Positions 15,579 to 28,400 of a stretch of 64,000 nucleotides of DNA are shown piece after piece (within the stretch, counting starts at the first letter, position 1; each line of letters starts with the position of its first letter). The notes beneath the pieces were generated by a model that had not been told where the DNA came from, made no database searches, and worked only from the letters and a program-made list of their open reading frames with translations. The stretch is from Octopus sinensis. Taxonomy: Eukaryota. The position numbers were made by a program, and so were the translations under genes. The stretch is taken from NCBI RefSeq assembly GCF_006345805.1, contig NC_043018.1, forward strand, positions 15,686,001-15,750,000, in the 5' to 3' direction.

Positions 15579-16261
15579 CACATGTATATATATACACATA
15601 TATATATGCACATATACACATATATATATACATACGTATATACATAAGCACACATATACACATACATATATGTATACACACATACACATATATATATATA
15701 CACGTACATACACAGATGTATACATATATACACATGTATACATATATATACACATATATACGTATATACATATACACACACATATATATATATATACATA
15801 CATACACATACGTATATATATACATATACATGCACACACACATATATATATACATATGCACACATATATACATATATACACATATATACATACGTACACA
15901 TACATATATACATACACACACACATATATATATATGTATATATGTATATATATATATATGTGTGTATACACATACACATATACGTATACACATATATACA
16001 TGTACACACACATATATATATACACATGTATATATACATATATACACATACATATATACACATATATATATACATATATATATATACATACATATACATA
16101 CATACATATATATATATACATATATATACATACATATATATATACATACATATATATATATACATACATATATATATATACATACATACATATATATATA
16201 TACATACATACATACATATATACACATATATACATATATATATACATATATATACATATAC

Positions 16262-16310
<49 letters not shown>

Positions 16311-16437
16311 ATACATATATATATATATATATATATATAACATACATATAAATATATACATACAAATATATACATGTACATATATATACACATATATACA
16401 TACATACATATACATACATATATATATACATACATAC

Positions 16438-16470
<33 letters not shown>

Positions 16471-19400
16471 CATAGATATATATGAAAGAGATATTGTTTT
16501 ATTTCAGGAAACCGATATTGTTGTATTTTACCAAATAAACACATGCACTACATATATAGTTTTCTTCACTCGTTTATTACTGCTATTTCATTATTTTAAT
16601 GCCTGACCTCTTCAGTGACCCTTTTCGTTTCCTTGTGCGTTCTTGTTCCACTTGCTCCATTCTCTCTGAAGAGGTCACAGATGTGTGACAGAAGATTTCC
16701 AGACAATGGACAGGCATTAAAATAATAAAATGGCAGTGTGAAACGAGTGAAGAAAAATATATATGGAGTGCATGTGTTTATTAGGCAAAAAAAATAAATA
16801 ATAAATAAAATAACCATCCTGAAATACAATAAATATATATATACACATACACACACATATATATATATAAACTTAAGGCGGCGAGCCGGCAGAAACGTTA
16901 GCATGCCGGGCGAAATGCGTAGCTGTATTTCGTCTGCCGTTACGTTCAGAGTTCAAATTCCGCCGAGGTCGACTTTGCCTGTCATCCTTTCTGGGTTGAT
17001 AAATAAAGTACCAGTTACGCACTGGGGGTCGATGTAATCGACTTAATCCGTTTGTCCCCTCTATGTTTAGCCCTTTGTGGTTAGTAAAGAAATATATATA
17101 TATACTTATACATATATATACATGCACACACACACATATATATATACATATTTGTTTTTGTTGTTATTTTACCCAAATTACTTTTTTGTATCTATTGGTA
17201 AACAACCTGTTATTTTATTTCAGACACTTCCTGTTGACTGGCCTGCAGGTATCACAAATGAAACTGCCTGGAGTAATTGTACTGAAAGACTCAAATCAAT
17301 GCCGGCCTTCGACACTTGTTCCAACGTAATGGTGTCCAACTTCACAGAAGAGATTAAACAATGTGTGGATGACATTAAGGTCAGCGAAATCAAGCCATTT
17401 TCTTTAGCTTTATATCTATGTTTTGTATATGTATTTTTAAGTTACATTTTGATATGTTTAATATATGTTTAACCCTCTCGTTACCGTATTTCTGTTGAGA
17501 TGTTCTGTGTTTCTTTCAATTACTTTAAAGATAACAAAGAATTTAGTAAAATAACTTAGTTATCATTCAGCTTGTATTAGGAACATAAATTGTGACTAAG
17601 GTTTGGTGGAAGATTTTAATTGAAACCTTAAGAAAACAAGACATTTGTACAACAGTGCCAGAGCCGGTTTCAGCCGGGTTGGTAACAAAGGGGTTAAGGC
17701 GCAGGAGTGGCTGGGTGGTAAGTAGCTTTCTTACGAACCACATGGCTCCGGGCTCAGTCCTACATTGCAGGCCACTTTAATCCCAAAACGCGTTTTGAGG
17801 GCTGCTTGTATACTTTATGCATTAATAGTCAAATAATCAAATTACAGAATCAAGAATTTTTCATACTTTTCATTTATTTAAAATTATAAAATTGTAGGTT
17901 ATTGCTTTATTGCCACATATAAATTTTAACAATTTTATTTTGAAACAAAACACTAAACTTTAAGAAAGTACCAAGTGGGCCACAAGATAAAAGTCTGTGG
18001 CCACATGTGGCCCACAGGCCTCATGTTGGTCAGCCCTGCCCAACTCTAATATTGCAAGGTTGTCTTTCATATTTTCATTTCAGTAATTCAGGGAATCCAA
18101 CTCGTTTCTCTATATTCCACATTCTTGCTGGTTTCTTCAAAGATTACCTGAAAGAAAAATTGATGCATATGAGACACAAGAATTGGGGGAGGGGGACGAA
18201 TTTCATTGCTTATAAAAAGCACAGTGGAGGGTAAGGAAGGGAGCTGGCAGAATCATTGCAGTGTCAGAAAAAATGCCTCACATTATTCATTCCAGCCCAT
18301 TACATTATGAGCTCAAATCCCGCTGTGATCAATTTGATTCTATCCCTCTGGCATTGATAAAACAAAGAACCAATTAACTGTTGAGGGTCGCTGACACTGA
18401 CCTACCCCTTCCTTTCAAAATTTTTGACACCGTCCCTAAACCAGAAACAGTTATAAATGAAGTCTGGAGAATAAATATATAGCTGGTATTTTCTGCTGTA
18501 TTTAACAGACTTGATAATGATCAGTGAAGCTGCCTGGAGTAGTTGACATCTTTCACTTGTCCAAATATCTTCATATTACAACAGAGAGATAAAGTTTTAA
18601 TGGTCCTATGATTACAGGCTCACTCACATCAGGCATCAGTTTAGACATCTCCCGCTTTAGATATCTTTCAGTTGATTCAAGTTTTGAGTGGAATTTGGTA
18701 GATGGAAACTGTGTGTAAGCCTCTTTGATGGATTGTACAAACAGTTGTTGAATGGTAGTCTTAATGAATTGGCCAGTTTATTACAACTGCCTGGCCCTTA
18801 ATTGACTCTAGCAGTCTTTAGGATAAGGGTCTGGTCACAGTCTAAACACAACCTAATATCTTCATGCATTATTTCCAGCTGCAGATATCCATCACATTTT
18901 TTCCTTAATCATCTTCTACACACTTATCTTAGAGGTTCCACAAAATGGTCAAAGAGGCCACTTTTCCTCTTCAGACAAAAAAAGGATATAACTGTGACAT
19001 AATTGCTAATATTTTGCTATATCTTATTTTTCTTTCTTTTTTTTTTTGCATTTTAGTTAACTGGACAGTTGGATTGGACATATGATATCAGCAGTAGTGT
19101 AATAAGCAGCTGTCAGAATGCCATTTCTTCAAGAGACAGTATGACGGAGCAAAACAACACGGAACCCGAACCAGAGCAGTTGAAATCAGTGTGTGATTGT
19201 CGCAATCAAGAAATTTGTCAAGATGGTAAGTTCTGTTTCCCTTGGAAATACTATTTTTTAAATATATTAATATTTTATGAACAATAGGCGCAGGAGTAGC
19301 TGTGTGGTAAGTAGCTTGCTAACCAACCACATGGTTCCGGGTTCAGTCCCACTGCATGGCATCTTGGGCAAGTGTCTTCTGCTATAGCCCCGGGCCGACC

Positions 19401-22400
19401 AATGCCTTGTGAGTGGATTTTGTAGACAGAAACTGAAAGAAGCCTGTCGTATATATGTATATGTATATATGTGTGTGTGTGTGTTTGTGTGTCTGTGTTT
19501 GTCCCCCTAGTATTGCTTGACAACCGATGCTGGTGTGTTTACGTCCCCGTCACTTAGCAGTTCAGCAAAAGAGACCGATAGAATAAGCACTGGGCTTACA
19601 AAGAGTAAGTCCCAGGGTCGATTTGCTCGACTAAAGGCGGTGCTCCAGCATGGCCACAGTCAAATGACTGAAACAAGTAAAAGAGTAAAAGAGTAACAGT
19701 GTCATTAATTAAGGGTTTGCAATTGGCTAATCAATGGTCCATGTTTGTTATTGCTGTTTGATTTCGTGGTGGCCCTGATAGGACAAACTTATGGATAAAA
19801 GGCTTTCCATCCATGCCAACCCCATATTTCATTATTCAGACACAGCAAGTTAACTGGTAACCTCAGTAGTACAGGTTACCGGTGCAAAAAAAAAAAAAAT
19901 GTATAAAATAGACTTTGCAAAGTGGTTGGCATTTTGCAGGAGCTCCAAATGTAGAAATTATGCAAAGCAGATGCAGATACTGCAGCTTGGCACAGTCCCC
20001 AGGCTCGTCAAATCCAAGCAAACACAGAAGGGTCATTCATTTTCTGCAGTGTTTCAATGGGAAAAGACCAATGGAACAAAATACCACCCCTTGAAAGCAA
20101 GTGAAGTTTGTCATGAAGAAGGGTGTCTGGCCAAAAGAGTAGGTTGAACTATGTAAAATGTTGGAGAAAGAAACCTAGCGGTTTTTCTTTGGAATAAATA
20201 CATCCAAAGTAAAAATTTTTTCATGCACCCTTAGAATATTACAGTGCATCCACTATTAACTGTCTTTTTTGCACGGACCCCAGGGGTCGTATGGACCCTG
20301 GTTAAGAACTACAGGTCTAACCCATGGTTCTTGGTCTCAAGAATTTGTCTTATGAAGAAAGGCTGAAGACGCTCGACCTTTATTCTCTAGAAAAACGCCG
20401 CCACCGTGGTGATCTCATTCTTGCTCACAACATCATAAGCGGAAAGTGTAACCTCTCGAAAGAGCTGTTCTTCACTCCTGCTCCAGAGTGTCAGCTGCGG
20501 GGTCACTCCAAAAAGCTCTATCTGCGACGATTTCATCTCAATCGAAGGAGAGGGGCTTTCTCCGTCCGGGTTGCGGATCCGTGGAATAAGCTGCCGGACG
20601 AGATGGTAGAGATGCCGACAACCGCTCGGTTCAAAGTCTCCCTTGACCACAAGTGGCCTGAACTCTTTACATGAACATCCCTGTACATAACTCCATGTCC
20701 CCCTACATGGTGTTGCTTTTTGCTTTTTGAGCCAAAAATTAACTAAAATGAAAAGTGGTTCTAGAAACGATGACAATGAGGATGAATTCATGATTCTCTA
20801 TTTTTCTATTAATTTTGTCTCTTGTTTCTTTCTTTCAAACAGGTGTGTGTCAGTGTAAAGACGGTTACACGGGAAGCGATTGTTCCATTGATAAGACTGA
20901 GCCACCGATTGTTGCTGCTCCATCTGCATGTGATAAAGATAACTGCACCAACTTGAATGTTGTTGGCAGCAATTTCTATAATGCTTCTGAGATTACCTGC
21001 CATTATGAAACAGTGGAGGTAAGTACCCCAAAAAGATAAAACATTCTAACTTACATTAATGTTTGGAATGTTCCTTGTACAATAGCTATTCCTAGCTTTC
21101 ATGTGTGCAGCAAGAGGTATCATGTCCATCTGTCATGATAGTGAAGTGACAGTCGTTAGTTGTCAAACAAGTGTCCAGCTCCCACAGTTTCAGAGCTGAC
21201 AAAACAAAGGGAATTTCTAGACGAGGGAGACTTGATTAGCTTCTACCCTGGGCAAGTGCTGTCTGCTTTGGCCACAGACTGACTAAGGCTTTGTCAGTGG
21301 ATATGGTAGACAGAAGCCTGTTGTACACACACTCGTGTCTTTGTATGACAGTTTCCATTTACCAAATCCACTTACAAGGTTTTGCTCAGTTCAGACAATA
21401 ACAGAAAATATATGGCACGTAAAAAGCACCAACCGATTGTGGCCATTGCCAGCCTACCCTGGCACCTAAAAAGCACCATCCGTATGTGGCCGTTGCCAGC
21501 CTACCCTGGCACCTAAAAAGCACCATCCATATGTGGCCGATGCCAGCACCGCCTTGACTGGCTTCTGTGCTGGTGGCACATAAAAAGCACCAACCGATCG
21601 TAGCTGTTGCCAGCCTTCTTGCGCACCTGTGCTGGTGGCATGTAAAAAGCACCCACTACACTCATGGAGTGGTTGGCATTAAGAAGGGCATCAAGCTGTA
21701 GAAATACTACCAAATCAGGCGCTGGAGCCTGCTGCAGCCTCCTGGCTTCCCAGACCCCGGTCAAACCGTTCAACCCATGCTAGCACGAAAAACGGACATT
21801 AAACTATGATGATGGTGTGGGTTCTGGTGGCACATAAAAGACACACAGTACAATCTGTAAAGTGGTCAGCATTGGGAAGGGCATCTGGCCAAAGAAACCA
21901 AACCAAAAGCAGGCTATGGAACCTGGTGTGGGCCCTGGCCTTACCAGTTACTGTCAATTTGCTCAACCCATGCCAGCAAGGAAAACGGACATTAAATGTT
22001 AATAATGATAATGATGATGCTGATATGTATGTAAGTATGGATGTACTCAATACAGGGGGAAATAATTTGCGAGAAAAAATATAATTCTCAAAAATTAATT
22101 TACTAAGATATTATTAATTTTGTTATCGTCTGGAATGACTATTTGAAAAATGATAACAGAATTAATAATACAGGCAATCACAGGCCCAAGAAAAGCATTA
22201 AATAGCTGAAGGATTAAAATTAATCAAAGGACATACAAAGTATGTCTGCCTGCTGGATACAACAGTCAAAACTCCCATTTAAATTGCCAAAATTACACCG
22301 ATGATAACTACAGAAATCAACTGAAAGCAGATTAGGTCAATAAAATCTCTTTAACGTATATTTTAAGAATAAGGACTCGGGTGAACTGGTTTCTGTACTG

Positions 22401-25400
22401 GCAAAATAAATAAATTTAAATAAATAAATTACCTTATCGTCATCAGTGCTCATTACCAAGAAAAGATACCCAAACTGGCCGTATTGAAGTCTGCTCTGCA
22501 ACTGATTCGTTTTGCGCTGAAATCAAATTACAGCCACCAGTGAAAAAATATACTCTCTATACAGGGGCAAATAATTCACAAGAAAAAATATAATTCTATG
22601 TATATATATATATATATATATATATACATACACACACATATACATATATGTAAGATGTATATATGTTTATGTGTGTATATATACATATATCATGTGATCA
22701 CGTGACCAACCAGACCATCAGATGTTGTTACACATCACTGGTCACAATGCGTTCGCATTGTTTTAGCCTTCGAATGATGCCACCCCGCTGGCTAAGCGAG
22801 CAGGCCATATATACATATATACACACATATATATACATCTGGCACCTGTGTCGGTGGCACATAAAAATACCATCCGAAGACCCGGCAAGACTAGTCAGGC
22901 CATAACCCGTGGCCCCTACCTGGGACGTAGTCAGTCCACCTGTGCATACCTTCCTTCCTTCTTGTGACACTTGTGAAGACCTGTTGAGGCAAGTGAAAAT
23001 CAAATCAAATCAAAATAGATGAACATCAATGGAATTTGTATCTTTGTGGTACCAGTGCTGGTGGCACACAAGAAAACCATCCGAACGTGGCCGTAGCCAG
23101 TACCGCATCGACTGGCCTCCGTGCTGCGGGCACGTAACAAACACCATCCGATCGTGGCCGTTCGCCAGCCTCATCTGGCACCTGTGTCGGTGGCACATAA
23201 AAACACCATCCGAGCGTGGCCGTCTGCCAGCCTCGTCTGGCACCTGTGTCGGTGGCACATAAAAAACACCATCCGAGCGTGGCCGTTCGCCAGCCTTGTC
23301 TGGCGGCACATAAAATCACCCACTACACTCTCAGAGTGGTTGGCGTTAGGAAGGGCATCCAGCTGTAGAAACACTGCCAGATCTGACTGGCCTGGTGCAG
23401 CCTTCGGGCTCCCCAGACCCCAGTTGAACCGTCCAACCCATGCTAGCATGGAAAACGGACGCTAAATGAATGATGATGATGATGATATGTAAGATGTATG
23501 TATGTGAGTATATATATATAGACAAGTGTACGATGACAGCTTAATATAGTAGGAACATCAATCCCAATTCTGTCTTCTGGTTTGGATTCCTCGGTCTTGT
23601 TCTAGGACAGGGTTCTGGTGGTGACATGACAGGGCAATTCTTGTGCTTCCACTCTAAATGCTGTCAGAATCCATCCTACTGGTCATCTTCACAGTATTGC
23701 CATCTAAGTAATTTGCTCCAAAAAGCCATTTACTATTTTGATCTCCTGGTCAGGCACTGATTATGACCCAGGGATTACAGTCTTCTCTTTTGTTTCCGTG
23801 AATCCTGGCTGCTGATGGAGAAGTATTTGAATCCTTTTAACTTGGAATTGAACATTGCTTTCTTTTGTCTCCTTGTTATTGTATGGGGCTGAGACATGGC
23901 AAACAACAGTCAAGTGAAATAAGCAAATACAATCATTCATCAGCAGATGCTTGCGTAGTATACTTAAAATTAGATGGCCCAAACACATAAGCAATATGGA
24001 GCTATGGCAAAGAGCAAATCAAGTTTCGATTAGGGAGCAAACATTTAGGAAAAAGTGGAAGTGGATTGGTAGCACAATTAGAAAAGAAAACTTCAAATGT
24101 AGCGAAAAGTGCTTTAAAGTGGAAACCGGTTGGATATAGAAAGAGAGGTAGGCCTAAGAACTCGTGGCGTAGATCAACACAAAAGGAACTAAAGAAAGGG
24201 GGACATTCATGGCAGAGTATAAGTACAGAAGCGAAAATTATGCGACATGGAATTGAATTATAAGTGGTCTATACTCCGCGTTGGAGGGTTAAAGGTAAGA
24301 AGAAGTATATTTTCATGAGATTTGTTCAAAGGATTTTGATTTCATCAAATCTGTATTCATTGAAGCCAATAAAGGATTCATTTACTATTTTCCTTAATTT
24401 TTCCAGCACATATTTTATTACTTGTTTAGTAGTTTACCTTACTTTAACTTACAACAAAATAACATCCCACTATTTTTGCTTCTCTTTTCTAATTTATTTA
24501 GATCACTCTCGATGGGCTGAAAATTGGAAGCAGTGTTACAAAAGATAACATCAATGGTGAATTTGTTACTCAATTTAGCATCAATTGTCCTTTGCCTAAA
24601 CAATCGAATGTTTATCTCAAGTTATCGCTGAACCAAAAGTTAAGTGAAGTCGGTGCTGTCTATCTAACAGCAAATATTAAGCAATGCGTTTCTTGTAATG
24701 AGACCTTAATTAATGGAGTATCAAGAGAAGAAATTTCATCTTACTGCAGTGTTCAACAGGTTTGTAATTCACTCTTGACTTCATTCATTTAAAATATCCA
24801 TCTTAACACTTAGGCATTTAACCCTTTCGTTACTGTATTTATTTTGAGATGCTCTTGATTTCTTTCAATTATTTTAAATATAACAAAGAATTTAGTAAAA
24901 TAACTTAGTTATCATTCAGCTAGTGTTAGGAACATAAATTGTGACTAAGATCTGGTGGAAGATTTTAATTCAAAACTTTTGAAAACAAGACATTTGTACT
25001 ACAGAGCCAGAGCTGGTTTCAGCCGGGTTGGTAACGAAAGGGTTAAACCAGCTGTGTACAACCAAAGTATTCTGTCTTATTTTTAAACCAGCCAGATCTG
25101 GTTTCTCACACATACCCTATAAGATCATTCTAAAAATAAACAATCACAGCATTGAAATCTCAAGGCTATGAGATAGCGCGTGACTAATTCAAGACAATGC
25201 AAATAAATAAGCATTAGATTTGAAAGAGTTCCTTGAATGCTGAAGGGTGAAACACCAAAATATCCAAAGACATTCGAACATATAATGGTATTTCTTCTGA
25301 TTTTCTGCACTGTGTTCAAATTGCACCAAGGTACACTTGGCCTGTCATCCTTTCACAGTTGTTAAATAAAGACCCATTCTAGAAATGGCAGATTGACAGA

Positions 25401-28400
25401 CTTTTTAAAGTTTCATACACATCATCATTGTCTAACATCTGTTTTTCCATGCTGGCATGGGTTGGACAGTCTAACATGGAGCTGGTTAGCAGGAGGGGGG
25501 TGTCCAGACTGTAGCTGTCTGTTGTGGCATGGTTTCTACAGCTGGATGCCCTTCTTAATGCCAACCACTTAGCAGAGTGTGTTGAGTGCTTTTTACAAGC
25601 CACTGGCACGGGTGTGTTAGAGCAGCACTGGCATGGGTGCCTTTTAAGTGGCACCGGCAACTGAAAGGACAAGCCTGTGTGTGTGGCAGACAGCGATTCT
25701 ACTTAGCTTGTCATATTTCATCACACAGGGCTTTATAAAAATCTGTTCTAGTCAGTTTCTTATCACAATCAGACAAAATGACATTGACCTCTTGGAAAAC
25801 ATTGGGAGCAGAGAAAAGGGAGATTTCAATGAAAGGCGCAGGAGTGGCTGAGTAGTAAATAGCTTCCTTACCAACCACATGGTTCTGGGTTCATCCCACT
25901 GTGTGACACCTTGGAGAAGGGTCTTCAACTATAGCCTCGGGCCGACCAAAACATTGGTACACAGAAACTGAAAGAAGCCCATCATATATATATATATATA
26001 TAATATATATATATATACATGTATGTGTGTGTATGTTTGTATGTCTGTGTTTGCCCCCCAACCTTTACATCGCTTGACAACCGATGCTGGTATGTTTACG
26101 TCCCCATAACTTAGCAGTTTGGCAAAGGAGACTGATGGAATAAGTATTAGGCTTACAAAGAATAAGTCTTGGGATCGATTTGCTCGACTAAAGGCAGTGC
26201 TCCAGCATGCCACAGTCCAATGACTGAAACAAGGCGGCGAGCTGGCAAGAATGGTTAGCAAGCTGGGCGAAATGCTTAGCAGTATTTCGTCTGTCGCTAC
26301 GTTCTGAGTTCAAATTCCGCCGAGGTCGACTTTGCCTTTCGTCCTTTCAGAGTCAATAAATTAAGTATCAGTCAAGTTCCGGGGTCGATGTAATCAGCTA
26401 TCCCCTTCTCCAAAACTTCAGGCCTTGTGCCTTTAGTAGAAAGGATTATTATGAAGGCCACGAGCTGTCAGAATTGTTACTGTGCCAAGCAAAATGCTTA
26501 GCAGCATTTTATCCATCTCTACATTCTGAGTTCAAATTCCACCAAGGTTGACTTTACCTTTCATCCCTTCACGTTGATAAAATGAGTCCCAGTTCAGCAC
26601 TGGAGTCGAATTAATTGACTTTCTCTGTCCCCCAAAATTTCTGGCCTTGTGCCAAATTTTGAAACCACTTTTTTTTTCTTTTTTTTTCTTTACTTGTTTC
26701 AGTCACGTGACTGCGGCCATGCTGGAGCACCGCCTTTAGTCGAGCTAATCGACCCCGGGACTTATTCTTTGTAAGCCCAGTACTTATTCTATCGGTCTCT
26801 TTTGCCGAACCACTAAGTGACGGGGACGTAAACACACCAGCATCGGTTGTCAAGTGATGCTAGAGAGACAAACACACACACACATATATATATACATATA
26901 TACAACAGGCTTCTTTCAGTTTCTGTCTACCAAATCCACTCACAAGGCTTTGGTCGGCCCGGGGCTATAGCAGAAGACACTTGCCCAAGATGCCACGCAG
27001 TGGGACTGAACCCGGAACCATGTGGTTGGTTAGCAAGCTACTTACCACACAGCCACTCCTGCGCCATTATTATTATTGCTGTTGTTGTTATATAAACATG
27101 TTTCAAAAGTTTCCTCCCCTTAACGTTAATTTCAATTTTGTCTTATTTTTTTCCTTTTTTCTTTTTGCAGAGCTGCTGTCTTATAGATGGAATATTTTAT
27201 TCAGATCGTGAAAAGAATCCATCGAACCCTGCCTGTGAGTTCTGTGTTTCAGCTACCAGTCGCTCCCAGTGGACAGTTGACACAGGTAATTTCCGTTTGA
27301 CATACTAGTATAATATATTTCTTTACTACCCACAAGGGGCTAAACACAGAGGGGACAAACAAGGACAGACAAACGGATTAAGTCGATTACATCGATCCCA
27401 GTGCGTAACTGGTACTTAATTTATCGACCCCGAAAGGATGAAAGGCAAAGTCGACCTCGACGGAATTTGAACTCAGAACGTAACGGCAGACGAAATACGG
27501 CTACGCATTTCGCCCGGCGTGCTAACATTTCTGCCAGCTCGCCGCCTTTCTAGTATAATAGTCGACTGTATACCAGTTTATGCGTATCTTCTTCTCTATC
27601 TATCTACATATTGGATCATTAGTAATATATTTAACAGAAAAGGGTGTTTCTCTGTATGTCAGGACCCTAAGAAGGTACCTCAATTTAAGTACCTAATTCA
27701 ATGGAATCAGAAATATGCCGTGCATGAGAAGACCCGGCAAGCCAAGTGAGACCATAATCTCGTGGCCTATGCCAGGGGCGTTACCAGCCCACTTATGCAC
27801 ACCTTTTCCTTCTTTGGACACTAAAACTCTGCTTGCGAAGACCTGTTGAGGCAAGTGAAATCAAAATCAAATTTGATGAATGGCGTCCAGATTTTATATA
27901 ATAGATAAGACAAGTTATAAATAATGGTCATTACATATACCTTTATGGTAGTAAATTAGACTTACAGTTGTTTCCAGTAGCCATTATGGGTTCGTTCATT
28001 GATCAGTTGAGAAAAATTTAACAACCTTATAGAATTGACATTATTCTCTTTGGAGTCAGAGCATTCTGATGAAAAACAAAGCAGAACAAAGAGTAAATGA
28101 ACAATACGGACATGGCAAAGGAAGTGAAAATATACATAGACAAGCACACACATACAAGTATACAGAGAAACATATATGAATTTGTGTTGCAAGGTTCCTG
28201 ATGTTGAAACAGTGTTGAAACAAATATTGTTATATTTCAAGACAATAATTTTCTTCCTTTTTCCAAATAAACACATGAACTATATATTCATTCTTCCCTC
28301 ATTTATTAACTGTTCTTATTCTATCTTATGTCCATTGCCTGGAAATCTTTTGTCCCACATCTGAGACCTCTTCAGCAACCTGTACCATCCACGTGTAACC

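Noticed and set aside
12622-16544. Many long Y/I/H/T/M/C-rich ORFs
   Set aside because: Translations of TA/CA microsatellites.
22051-22600. About 36-bp imperfect direct repeat 510 bp apart, possible LTR pair
   Set aside because: Too short, no TG...CA ends, no PBS or TSD.
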